Assembly: GCA_032718475.1 (NCBI GenBank)
Contig: JAUCBJ010008813.1
Location: 62,001 to 126,000, forward strand
Source of the DNA: Nemertoderma westbladi
Taxonomy: Eukaryota; Animalia; Xenacoelomorpha
DNA length: 64,000 nucleotides
Reading direction: 5' to 3'
Positions 34,077-47,205 of the stretch are shown here, piece by piece. The translations under genes and the position numbers were made by a program. Each line of letters starts with the position of its first letter. The first letter of the stretch is position 1. The notes beneath the pieces are model-generated. The model searched no databases and was not told the DNA's origin. It was given only the letters and a program-made list of their open reading frames with translations.

Positions 34077-36626
34077 TGAGTTCGATTCGACCCTTATAAC
34101 TATTGAAGATAACGTTGCAGACTGACTATTATTGAAATTTACATAAAATTTATAAAAAAATCACTAAATTATCTTACAATTAATTAATGTGTAATTAATT
34201 TTTGCAGTTTAAGTATTGTTTTATTTCAACTAGCCTGTCTATAACGTATAACATTACACGAGTAATATAAGTCGTCAATAAGTCGAACTAACATCTAATA
34301 TGTTCCCTAATATATCAGACGAGTATCAGACCAACTATTGGACCCTTCATTGTCCGGATAATGTTTGTTGATGATACGAGATATTCATTTCCAAAGTTCA
34401 TTGACTTATTTCCAATTGGCTTATATGGAATGCGGAAATAATTATTGGGTGAAGTGGTAAACCTTATACTTGGTTGTGGGTATTGTGAGGATATTATGAT
34501 GTATATATGTGTGCAAACAACTGAGTAACACTCCCAGAGAACCGAACTGACACTGTTAGAGGGTGGGTCAATATTGGTAAATAGTTGTTGTCGTTTATTG
34601 TTACCATTTTGACATGCTAATAACTTTGTCGAATTTAAAGCTGTTGAGTTGAAAATTTGTAGGAATTAATAAAACCAAAAGTTGTGATTTTTACGACCTT
34701 TAGATACCATTAGTTCAACTTTCTGCAGCTAGAGGGCCGTTCAAGCTGATATTTGGCAGATTTGCACTAGGCCATTAGGCAGATAAACATGCAAGACAGT
34801 AAACCATATATTGGCTACATCTTTGTTGGGACGGTAATCCCTCGGCAGTTCTCCAGTCTACCGCTAGTGGGCTGAAATGAAAAGATTTTAGAAATATCTA
34901 AAATGAAAAATTATATGTTTTTTTGCTGAATCAGAAGTGGCAGGGTGTTGGATTGTATGATACTGACATCATACAATACATAACTAACTCTAGGTAAAAT
35001 TGGACGACTTATTGGTCAGAACTTTTAGAGAACGTTTAGAGACTGTCATTATCATTTATAGTTATGATGGTTTATATTATCATTTAAAAGTTTTGTCTTA
35101 ATTAAGAAGAACCTAATGACTTAATTATATAATTTTTGGTTGAAGCAGTATCCCCCCCCCCCCCCACTTGGACCCTTCCCATGTCCAATGGAAGTATTGT
35201 GAATATTAATATCATATAATGAATATTTATGTTTACTCGTAATTTGTAATTTATAACCATTGACCTGTCATTAGCAACAAATTATTCTTTCAAAACTTGG
35301 GGTAATGTAATTGAATGGTGTAACCTTTAACTCACTAACTGTAACCTTCGACTCAGTATTTTGTAACCTGCTTTGACTTGCCATTTTCGAAAGATAAATT
35401 TTGTAACCTTCGACACGTTGTAACCTTTGACTCTTTGTAACTTTCGACGCGGAATCCGGTGTGACTGGGTGGACTAGAGCAAGCGCTCCTTGGAATGAGG
35501 GAGCTGGAAGTATAGGGTGGATACGGGGCATTTTAATAACTAAATTAAGTTTAGATCAATTAAAACCACATTTCTTATAGCAAATCACTTGAACTAATTA
35601 AAAACTATAATGGAATGGGGTATGAGGATTACATCTGTATAATTTTTAAGTATAATTATTAAAATCTTCTCCTAGAAAATAACTAATTACAATTAAAGGA
35701 CAGTCAGAAAAATCTAAGCTCAGAATAGGATAAGCTCGCTTACTTTCGTGGCTCGCCCCACCAACTTTGTACGAAGTTACACTACCATCAATCTGATTGG
35801 CTGACTCACATAGCAAACTTCTCCTTTAATATGCCTATAAATGTAAGTTAAATATCTTTATATACTTTACTACCTTTTGAGAAATTAAAGATTTTCGATC
35901 TTTAAATAATATTATTAGTGGAGTGGTTACAGATGATCGTTTCGGATTATTTCTGTATATAATTTCTGTAAGTATGTGAGAACAGCACTAATAATCGCCT
36001 TTGAAAATTCATATATTTCAATGCATTACTGCTGTTATTACAGGTATTCCTGTTTGTTTTGTTACCAACGGTTTCCCTACGGAGCTGGAGCCAGACTCCC
36101 TAAATTTTATATCCAAATATAAGATTAAACAATAAGACCTGATTCGTATCTGGTACTTTCGCATCTTAAGTCTGCGGCTTTACGTAAATAACAACAACAA
36201 CAACAACAAAAATTACATTCCTCTTTGACACTTTCCCTCTTTCCTACTTTCCTACAACAACTATATATCTCTATTAAAGAGTCAGTTTCGTTATAAAACT
36301 TCATACATACATAGGCCTACATTCTGCAAAAGTGTTATAACCCTTATAGGCCTGTCTGCTGTCTCTACTTTGCATAGAGTAATTTACTATTTACACACAA
36401 TTAATAATTAGGTAATTATAATATTACTTTACATGTACTCCCCGCGTCACACAGCACACAGACCGGCGTTAGAATATGTGCCTCGCTCCTATTTGGATGC
36501 GGGAATGGCAAGCTGTAGTCGTAGTCGTGCGATTTCACCAATGTTTTCACTGGAGTGTGAGTCTCACCCACCCAGATAGTCGACATTATCGGACCAGTGT
36601 GTCACTGGTGTAGATCAGATTCGGTG

Positions 36627-38126
36627 CAGTGGCGGATCCAAGGGGGGGCATACCAGGCGACCGCCGGGGGTGTCAAAAATTGGCCATCATAAGGAATTTA
36701 GAGAAATTCATGTTTAGTGCGAGCAGTTTAAAGTAAGGTTTGCTATTTCCTTATACATTGAACTGGTTACTACAGCAGCAGAAGGAGAGAGCTGTCGTCT
36801 CCAAAGCTATTATTATTGGGAAATCACAAAATAGCACACGCACTCCCTATGCCATACTGTACAATTTCATGTTAAACCCAAGACAAACACGTGACCAGCA
36901 ACACTCGACAGGCATGCTGTCCAACCACTATCAATGGCTGGCAGTGGGTGGCTTCCTGAGACTTGAAATCTAACCTTGGCTCAATGGGAGGAAGATATAT
37001 TTAGCCTAAGCTTATTAGTCAACTGATTGCTTGAGACACACTCCCTTATTGCTAAACTCTGCCCCAGGGCTCCCCCCACTGCGTTATTTTAACACATCGC
37101 GCTATTTCCAAAATTTTGCATTATTCGACTATTATTGAGCAAAAAACATTAATGTTGCGTTATTTCTTGATTTTCTATAAAAAGAAAAGTAATGGAATTA
37201 ATAAACTTTGTAAGTTATAACTGCAATTATCAGATTATAATGGTGGCGATATATCAAAATTATATAAATAAAGTTGCACCTATAAGGAACTTTTACTTTG
37301 AGAATCTATCTTTGATTTGGTCCCTCCCCTCCCCAATTACAAGACGAGGATTAACATTTAAATACATTTAAATTTCAATATAACTAAAATATTTCAGTTA
37401 CTGTACGTTGAACAATTTTTAATTCTATTCATTGCCACATCCATTGCCTACGAGCAATTTTGACTGAAATATACCTGGGGCCTATTTATACACAATACAG
37501 CCCAAAAATGCCGGTTTGGGACCTTTTCTCTCTTAACTGAATCCAAATCATTTTTAGCCAACATTACTCGACAGCCTTCTGGCGTTAGATCCTCTATGTT
37601 CCATATTTTAACTGATTTCAGTCAGAATTGTTCGAGAAATACTTCCAGAATTATTCGAAACTTTACATCTTTCCTAAGATACTGTATACGTGAAAAATAT
37701 CGTTTTAGCCATTTTATTAATATCTTTACTTTATCTTGGGTGCCTTTGTGATGAAATTGCCGTATACAATTGAAAAAATGCTTGTGTGTTTTAAATCTCC
37801 ATTAAATTCTGCACAGGATATGATCATTAAAATTTGACAATTGGGCCTGGAGCCCAGCCCAGTCAGGGAAATGATGTATTAAATTGGTTACCTTGTAGTC
37901 TTGGCTAGCCAATTTGGAATTTAGTCCTGTCTTTCTTTCTGTTGCTGCCACTTTATACTGTTATACAGTTGTTAAAAATTATTTTACACACATTTTGCAC
38001 GTTATTTTAATCAAAACAATAAACTAAACACAATAGAACAGGTTACAGCTTGAAGTACAAAAGGTGTATCAATGACATTTATTTTTGTTTCGCCTGCCCT
38101 GTGAAAAAATCCTGGATCCGCCCCTG
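36627..38126. mobile_element. Non-autonomous hAT-type element, 1.5 kb
   Basis: TIRs CAGTGGCGGATCCA / TGGATCCGCCCCTG. Exact 8-bp TSD ATTCGGTG at 36619-36626 and 38127-38134. Confidence 0.92.
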
Positions 38127-38539
38127 ATTCGGTGTGAGTTAGTTTCACCTCCCTCTCCCTTCTTGCTGGGTGAGCCAGAATTTTTATTTTCGCTTTCAAT
38201 ATTTAGCTACCAGCCTTTGAAAAAATGTGACCCCGTTGATATTGAACCAGTTACACCGCAGTTATTCGTCAACCAAATAGTGATTAGTGGCCTAATGATG
38301 GAAAGCTGACCGACGTGCAAGGATTCCAAATATTATGTATAATTTGGTTGGGCGTTCGAAAGTTGAATTGTTTTGCATCTGGGCGTTTCTCATTTGCATC
38401 TTTTATTAAAATTTATTTTAACTAGAACGCCATCAAGATAGCTTTAAACGAACCTGTCTTACACAGACTCCAAGAAACAGATGGGATTGGAAGATGCAAA
38501 CCAAGAATGACTTGCATCAACCAAACAAACTGCCTCCCA

Positions 38540-38880
38540 TCTATTGTAAAACACAGTCTTACCGTATAAGTAAATCACAATCACAATTAGTCGAAGGGAT
38601 ACTGAGAAGAGGAGATTAAACTTTTCCAAAAGAGGAGATTAAGCTGGGGATAGGTAAACTTGAAAGAAGGAAAGCCGCTGGTGCTGACCCTTTTCTTAAT
38701 GAATTCTATTATCGTGGCTGAAGACGAGTTAATAACGCCGGTTGCAGTAATCTTCAATGAGGTACTACACTCAAGGTACTAAGGTCGGATGCAATCATTA
38801 ATCCTATTTATAAAGGTAAAGGACATTAGGAGAACTGGTTAATTATAGGTGTATATCCCTGCATTGGAGTAATTTTTTAG
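38540..38880 (+). pseudogene. Decayed LINE ORF2 fragment (region just N-terminal to the RT core)
   Basis: Translates in pieces as EEIKLGIGKLERRKAAGAD..NEF, IFNE and IINPIYKGKG..NYRCISL, typical non-LTR RT motifs, interrupted by frameshifts. Confidence 0.75.
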
Positions 38881-40459
38881 AGTATTTCTGAGTTATTACC
38901 GCATGCTTATGCTGGTTTTCGGCCAGGTTAGTGTTTCGCACAGTAGACCAACTCTTCACTTTACGCGGCCTAATTGGGTGACTACAAAATAAAGACCCAA
39001 TTAAGTAACGTGAATAATCTTGTAACATTTGTTAACTCTCATTTATTGTTTTGGTTCCACCAACACGCCTATGTAGACTGCTCCTTTAATGGCGATGGGA
39101 CCTAACGCGACTTTACCTCATTGTTTTGTACAGAACGGACTGGTATTACCTTTTGTGTCAGCAAGCTGACAGGGGGGGGGGGGGGGAGTGTTAGTGGATT
39201 AATACCAAACCAATAAGCGTCATAATTAGGAGAGTAACAACTATGGATGAATTATTGGCTACAGAGTGAGTAATGGCATTACATGGTTATAAAACCACTA
39301 AGAAAGGTGTGAACTCATGATGAGGTTCAAATCGAGTGTTAAATATTGCGTATTGGCAGACAGAACAATGATGCAATAAAGTACTGTAGGAGTGTAATAC
39401 AGTAGGAACAATGCATCTGGTTATTTGTTGCAGTAAAAGGGGACTATTATTACATAGAAAGGGAATACCAGGGATTACTCACGGCTGAGAGAGGGGTAGC
39501 TAACATTTTGGTGTATAACAGGTGAAGGTGTTATTTGGATTATTATTAGAGATTTGTCAGATGTTGGTAGAGATTATTGTCAATATTGCGGTGTAGATAA
39601 TATGGTGTTTCTGATTAAGAACTTCATTCCTTATGTGCATTTCTACATTAAATGTCACCTTTCCTATAACTCTCCTATATTACTTTACTGTTGTATATTA
39701 TTGTGTTATTGTTATTACGCTACTTCGCACCGTACGTGCAATAACTATTATTGGTGAGAGATATTAGATATTATCTAGTAAATGCCATTATACTACTACA
39801 AGTCAAACTGAACCATCTTATTTGTGACACTGATTCCGGGGTCTAACGCATATCCTCGACAGGCTACTGGTTGACCAACAGCAGGTTTCCTGAGCGAAAC
39901 CGGAAGTTACGTGGGAAGGCGAGAGCACACAATAGCATACAATAAAAAATTAAAAAAATTAACAAATTAGCTAGTGCTTTTTTTTGTTCTAGAACAAAAC
40001 ATATTTGTCCTAGAACAAAATTTTTATGTTAAATGAATAGATAATTATGTTTTAGAACATTTAAAAAAAAAAAAAATCTAGCTAGTATAAAAAATTTAAA
40101 CGTAACAAAATGTAATTGTACCCGTAGAGTATATTACAATCTAAATATAATTATATTGAATATAATATAGGTGGCACGGCAAACTGTAAGAGAGCCCATG
40201 TTGTTTATGTATGAAAAGCTATGTAATAGCAAGGCCATCGTAATATTACAATGGCCTCCTTCACTATAACCTCAGAACCAGAAAGTCGTCAGAATCTCCC
40301 GGAATATGGTGTCGTAATTCGAGACAGTTCGTGGCAAGTTATTCTAACCAAAACAATAAACGAAAATAAATAGTACGGGCTACAGTTATTTTTTGAGAGT
40401 ATTAGTAGTAGTAGTAATTAAATACATTGTATTTAAGGTACCGGTCTCTAAGCAACCTA

Positions 40460-40769
40460 GATTTAGTATAACGACATGATAGGATTTAATTATCAGAACC
40501 GCCATTCTTTAACTAGACGAAATTTGAAACCGAACACCAAGAAAATTCAAGTTCGAAGCAGATCGCTGTTGGTGCATTTCCAAAAGAACATAATAATAGA
40601 TGACATTCCTATTACCTATTAACACATTTATTCTATTTGGACCTAATCTAAAAGAGAATTGTTTTCTTAAACACCGGATGTAACATGTTAACTACCTATG
40701 CTACATTCGGAAGAAGAGTTCTAATTAACTCGCCTGAATCAAACGCTTTAGAAAGTTCACTTTTTGATC
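40460..40769. repeat. 310-bp direct repeat, copy 1
   Basis: Appears identical to 42513-42822 (GATTTAGTATAACG...CACTTTTTGATC). Confidence 0.95.
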
Positions 40770-40872
40770 CCCATCACGCTGCTGAAAACGCCATCGCGGT
40801 CAAACCACCTGTTAAGGAGGTCGGCATGCTGTGATTGGTCAATTTTTCCAGACTCCTTATCTCGAGATTCAT

Positions 40873-41699
40873 GGTCCTACGAATTACCAAAAAAAACACA
40901 AAATTACCCAAAAATACACAAAAAAAAAACACAAAAAATAAAAAAAACGCAAAAATTAACACAAATAAAACAAAAAAACGCAATTATTAAACTTACCCAA
41001 AAAGACAAAAATAATTCATATCCTATATATAGTTATAAACTGATGTCAGTACTGTCAGGAACACTGGTCACAATATGTCTAATTTACAGCCAGAATGTGT
41101 CCGTGGAAAACGTTCTCAGAGTGAAATTTCCCCATAGAAAACAATGCTAAATTTCATTTGAAAACCGGCAGTGCATTTTTAAGAATCCTGTGCCGGCTTG
41201 TCTACAAAATTATGCCATTAGACTCGCCATCAACTTCCCTATCACCCATGACATTTGAGACTTAGATCATCCGCATCGTTGGGATAACTATCATAATATT
41301 AAAAATAAAAATGTGCCCAGCTTCTGCCTTGAGTACTAGTGGAGTTACAACCAAAATATGTCCGGAAATATAATCGCAGCCTGTGAAGGACAAATAGTGG
41401 CTGCACAGACACTTTCTGGCTGTAAATATGTGGACAATTTTTGACCAGTGTTCCTAACTGCAGTACTGCACAGACAGCAGTCATGTGTGCTGGTATCAGT
41501 AGTGCGATTTAGTATTTTGGTTATGTTAGATACCGGTACAGGTAATGAGGTATTGAATAGGCCATACATAGCAATATGTATATATTTTGTTTTATATATA
41601 TATATATATATATATGTATATTATATTTTTGTGTGATTTTTTGTGTTTTTTTGTATTTTTTTGGGTAATATTACGTTTTTTTGGGTAATTTGTAGGACC
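40873..41699. mobile_element. Foldback/MITE-like element with long imperfect inverted arms
   Basis: GGTCCTACGAATTACC...A-rich at the left matches T-rich...GGTAATTTGTAGGACC at the right. Inner arms 41040-41105 and 41403-41482 are reverse-complementary. Confidence 0.75.
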
Positions 41700-42512
41700 C
41701 CTAGATCAATTATTCACTCCTTGAGTGCTGCCGAAGTACAAGATTAAAATGTTCTCTGGCGTGGTCCTCACGGCGAAAGCAATGTCCTGCAATAGCGGTA
41801 GGCGATTTTGTTCTAAGTGTTCATTTAAGCTTGTGGGGAAACTCTACGCTGACAACCACTGCCAACAATGGTTATGAATATGTGTCCTGAGTTCGCGACT
41901 CGTGTGCATTGTTTTGGTGACCCATCCACCGCCAAATACCAACCCCCCCCCCCCCCCCCCCACCAAAAAAATGTTTCATTTAACATGTATTTACAATAAC
42001 TAATTGTTGTGGAATACTGTATATATTATTATTGATGTACTCCTGATGCGTATGCATGGTTGTAAATTTTGCACTTAATTTCTAGAATAATTCACTTTAG
42101 TGCAAATAATTATAATTTATATAATGTTCTCTGGTATCTCTGGTGTGTTCCAAAAGACCTCCACTTCCACCAGCTTAGGGTTATGTGTTACTTCCACATA
42201 TAATAATACATGTGTAATATAAATTGGGGGGGTTTATGCGCCTGTCGATTTATACGAATCGACAGGCGCAACAAAAGTATTTGGAATATTATGCCCATGT
42301 ATATTTATATATGTAAGCCTTCAAGTATAAACAAAACTGACCTTAACAAAATCAAGGTAGGCATTTGTTATTTTCCATCAGCAACATGGGCTTTAACTTT
42401 TAACTTTACATGGGATTAATAATACTGTAATATTCTAAAACAATACCACATGGCCAACGCCGTCGGCCATGCACTCGCACGGCGCAAATGCTCCATTTGC
42501 GCTCTCCACCTG

Positions 42513-42822
42513 GATTTAGTATAACGACATGATAGGATTTAATTATCAGAACCGCCATTCTTTAACTAGACGAAATTTGAAACCGAACACCAAGAAAATT
42601 CAAGTTCGAAGCAGATCGCTGTTGGTGCATTTCCAAAAGAACATAATAATAGATGACATTCCTATTACCTATTAACACATTTATTCTATTTGGACCTAAT
42701 CTAAAAGAGAATTGTTTTCTTAAACACCGGATGTAACATGTTAACTACCTATGCTACATTCGGAAGAAGAGTTCTAATTAACTCGCCTGAATCAAACGCT
42801 TTAGAAAGTTCACTTTTTGATC
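42513..42822. repeat. 310-bp direct repeat, copy 2
   Basis: Appears identical to 40460-40769. Confidence 0.95.
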
Positions 42823-43199
42823 TTGCTGGGAAATGGAAGATGGGTCCGTGACTTGGCATAACCAAAGTACAGTAGTTCTGTATACCTAATTGTACAGAAG
42901 TGCGGGTCGCATCCTTTTTAACCTTGATCTTTATTCAGATACCTGCTGTGTTCCTCCGCTAAGCTAGGCGTTTCAGCTACAGGCGCACTATAATTAATAG
43001 GTCTCTACGGGGGTGCATTTTGCTGGACTTTTATACTTTTGGGGCGAGCCACGTTCTATGCATTGATATAGCAATATGTTGTAATTAGTTTAATGAGTTT
43101 CTGCGAGTCTGCGAGATATCTTTTTATTCTCATAAGTCTCACTAACATTGAGATTACTCACAACTGATGAATAGTGTAGCATATATTTAGTGTAGCCCA

Positions 43200-43778
43200 A
43201 TTATTTAAAACAAAAATTCAACAGAGTACGCGATACACACTCTTACAGTACCAGAGCTAGTGCTTCAAACTTCTACCTCCCGAATTGTAAATCCTTCGAA
43301 TCTGATACTTTCTTTTTTAACGGCATTAAAAATTGGAACGCTCTGCCTAATGAAATTAAAAACCTAAATAATCAACATTCTTTTAAATCTGCAGTTAAAT
43401 CTCACCTCCGTGTGCAATGAAAAAATAGGTACAATAGTCCTACAGTAAGTTATTAGTTTATTAATTATTTACTATTTATACTGTAATTACGTTTTATAAT
43501 AAATTGTTCTGTACATTACATCTTTATCGTTGAGTCGGGCATTGTCACGCTCTCGGTAAAGTTGTACATGTACATAGTGTAATTACGTTTTATATTGGTT
43601 TTAGGTTAGCGTAGTGTAATATTGTATTTGTAACCAAGTAACATAAAGGACCCCCTTGGAAATAAGCTGCAAAGCTTTAGGGGTGATCCTAATGTTGGAC
43701 AATACCTTTATACAGGTACATTGTTTGGTGTATTTGTTATTGTTTTTACATAATGTAGAAATAAATCTATCTATCTAT
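43200..43778 (+). mobile_element. 3' end of an L2/Crack/CR1-group LINE
   Basis: HSYSTRAS...TFFFNGIKNWNALPNEIK..NQHSFKSAVKSHL*, followed by a 3' hairpin region (GGACCCCC...GGGGTGATCC), AATAAA and a (TCTA)n tail. Confidence 0.85.
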
Positions 43779-44111
43779 ATGGTGTTCAATATGGGTTACC
43801 CAACAACTATGAATTGTTGGAGAGGGTTAAATCAGTAAATCTTTACCTACAGAAACTCACGATAACCCAATAAGATGGTTTTACACTGTGATTAACTATG
43901 GTATTGTAAATCAATTTATTTTTAAGTGAGTAGGATATAGGGGCGATTAGTTTAATAATTCAATTAATGTATCTGCTTATATACTGTAGTACATAATAGT
44001 AGGTATAATTTTAAACATTTATCTTGTATAAAAAATTCTTACTTATTGAGTTAATTGAACACCTGAGACCCACATAATTTTACAACCGCTGTAAACTAAA
44101 TTATTTTACTC

Positions 44112-44240
44112 GCTATAAATATTCATGAGTGAACATATTGGCTCAGTTAGGTTTTCCAAACCACATGAACAATGCAATTATTATTTAATTATTATTATAT
44201 ATGGTTTGTTTGAATTTTAATTAGTCGCGTAAGGTAAGTA
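44112..44240 (+). promoter_or_regulatory. Putative TATA box and non-coding first exon of the Cys-rich peptide gene
   Basis: CTATAAATA at ~44113 and a strong AAG|GTAAGT donor at 44234. A TTTAG acceptor ends at 44455, 19 nt before the ATG. Confidence 0.5.
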
Positions 44241-44474
44241 AGTACTGTAGGCCTAATGCTTACAGGTAGACTGCGTAATCCCTGGCCTAGTGGCCGAAGA
44301 AAATTTACTTTACTTTTTTTTTTTACTTTTTTGCACCGCATACTGAGACCTAAACGCAGCATTAACTGATTACGGGAAGGTTTTTTGCTTAAAAAAATCT
44401 TCTATTTATTTTTTGCTGATTAATCTCTTAATTTTTAATATTTTCCTACATTTAGGTTAAAAGGAAATCCCAGT

Positions 44475-44581
44475 ATGATGACGTCAATACAGCGCCTAAT
44501 TATTTTATACACAATTTGTCTTATTGGTGTAATGGCATTTCCAGAAAACCCAACACGGCACCTATCACATCAACACCACAG
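44475..44581 (+). CDS. Secreted cysteine-rich peptide precursor, signal/pro exon
   Basis: Encodes MMTSIQRLIILYTICLIGVMA-FPENPTRHLSHQHH, with a signal-peptide-like hydrophobic core. CAG|GTAGAA donor, phase 2. Confidence 0.78.
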
Positions 44582-44935
44582 GTAGAAGAGTGTTACACTT
44601 CATAGCACTTTATAAAAATAATTAATGAAGGATAACCTACAGATTGACTGTAGGTTCTACAGGAATTAATTCATGTCACTTTTCAAGTGCTGTTAACTAT
44701 AATCACAGTAATTATTATCAAATAAAAATTGAGTTTGGATAACAGAATAAATTTTGTGTAGAAGCAGAAACTTTATACCTGTCATGTCATGTTTTTATGT
44801 TCATATTTATGTTGTTAATTAAACCAACAATGTTAAAACAAACAAGGATATATTTGATTAAATACTGTCACTAAATTGTAAGACAACATTTATAAATAAT
44901 TCTATTTTTATTTACATATTTTAATTTATTCACAG

Positions 44936-45059
44936 AAATTTAGTGAAATTCCCAATGTTAAAGAGATCATGGGAATACTTCAGCTGCGCGAGTTGTATCA
45001 AGAACTGCAGAGGAAATCGTTACTGCGAGGAATTCTGTGCTGATACATGTTTGGGCTGA
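44936..45059 (+). CDS. Secreted cysteine-rich peptide precursor, mature peptide exon
   Basis: T-rich TTCACAG acceptor in phase with the previous exon. Encodes NLVKFPMLKR-SWEYFSCASCIKNCRGNRYCEEFCADTCLG*, with a dibasic site, 6 Cys and a terminal Gly. Confidence 0.8.
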
Positions 45060-47205
45060 ACAGATGTTGTACGGAAATTTCCTTGTTACTGTCAGAAATA
45101 ATGATTTATTTTGAACTTTGAAGTGGAATTGGATTAAAAATCTATTGTACTTGCGTTTATGGATAATTATATAAAATCTTAGTTGTTTCATTAAAAATCA
45201 TCATATCTATTAATTTGCATGGAATTATTAATTTCACACTTCAAATCACCGGACGACATAATTTCCAACCTTATATCGCAGTGCGACATTATTTCTCAGT
45301 ATGTCCGCTACGCCATACGTTTACGATATATGTCGCAGTTACGTCACCGCGTTAGATTATTACCATTACACTAAAAATTCTGAAATTAATGTGATTCGAA
45401 CCAACGACCCTTCCATTCACAACCCTGCGTAATATCCACTACAATACTTTGGTACGATATAAATGGCTCAATAACAGAAAAGTAGCCAAAAAAGAAAAAC
45501 AAGAAAAAAATGTAAATTAAAAAAAAATTAAAAAAAATTAGCATTATCCCAGTTCTACTGAATAAAATTTCATGAAATAAAATGTTAAAGGTAGACTTTT
45601 TTTCATCAGCAATCAAGGAAACAATATTTGACACGGAAAACGTGATTATTTGAAAAAATGTGTAGTTAATAAATAAGTAGTTGTAGTTTCTATCAGAAGG
45701 ATATACCAAATGAAAACTGAAAATTTGTCTTTAATTAAAAGAAGAAAAACATCACAATTTCTAGATGTAATACCTAGCGCGCAGGGGGTTCTAGAACACA
45801 TTATTTTCTACTACACCCCTAATATGCCCCCAATGGAAAAAATATAATATTATCAATTATTGTGGTTACAGAATACATTATTGCTGTTGTAAGTATCTGA
45901 AACTTCTCATATATTTCATTTATTATGTGTTGAACTATTTCGATATCTATCGGTTAGAAAACCAGCCACTATTTGTTTATAATACACTAATCGCATATTC
46001 ATCATTGTTAATTTATCGGATATGCAGATCAAAGTCGAAATGTCCAAATGACAAAATAACTCTTAATATCTTAATTAAATTCAATATCAATATTAATGTC
46101 TGAAATCACCATAAATGTTTGTTCTAGTTTTAATTAATTAAGGAAGTTAAGTAAATTAGCACTTATTGTGCCCTGAACAGATAAATTTGATACGCGAACA
46201 ACCTAAGAAGGAGTGGTTGTTATCACCATGCTATACAGGTGGTGTTTAATACATTTAAATATATTACCTAACAGCAACATTCATATTACATATTGTACAT
46301 ATTGTATGGGAACTGCAAAAAGTGTAAAATTTGTAGGGAATCATTTTTTATTGGATCAATTAAATTTATTTTTAATTTCCTCAAACGCCGAATTTCTCTA
46401 AGGACAAAAAAGTAGAAAACGTTTAAACGAAAAATCAAAAAATGTCACACACACAAATCAGAAGTATGCCTACAGATAACACCAAACTTTAGCTTTCAAT
46501 TAATTGCCTATACAGATGTAAATCAGTCCATTGGTGTTACAGTATCTATTTACAGTTAGTTAAAGGATAGATAGGTTTACCGGAGTTTCCATAAAAACTG
46601 AAAGCAATTTCAGTTATACGTAAATTTATTATGTTTTGTAAAAAAAAATTTTTTTGGGGGGCGGGGGTTGTGTACCTGAATAAAGATACTGCATTCCAGT
46701 TATGTTACAAATATCACTCAAATTTTTATTTATTGAGATATTTCCAATAAATTTGGTTTATTTAACCTCATTTTGAGGTGCATTACATTAAGGTTTTTAC
46801 AACCATTAATTTTCTTTCACAATAAATAACCTACAGACAACAACTTTGCCTTGAAACAGCATAATATGAATCTTTGTAACCTTTTTACATATTATTATTA
46901 TTAAAAAATTATCAATGCGTCCAAAAACTGAAAACTTCAGCTTCTTGGGATAGGGTCCAATATTAATTTATTTTTATTGCTTTGATTTGTTTTTACTCAA
47001 TTTCGCACTGAGCCACTTTCCACTATGACCCGGTATCACATTCCAAACTTTTTGGAAATCGACCACTACTACTTATGCAGGGCGAGAGCAATATGCTGAC
47101 CTGTAAACTGGGAAAAATATTAAAAATAAATGGTTAGAATTTAAATTAAACGAACAACATTATTTTCTATAATTTAAATTAGGATATATTTTGTGCTGAT
47201 ATATA

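Noticed and set aside
35831-36134. Small spliced gene suggested by GTAAGT and ACAG sites and a hydrophobic stretch
   Set aside because: No phase-consistent ORF from an ATG could be assembled.
45389-45450. tRNA-like sequence on the minus strand (GGTTCGAATC)
   Set aside because: Only box B and a weak box A remain, with no cloverleaf.
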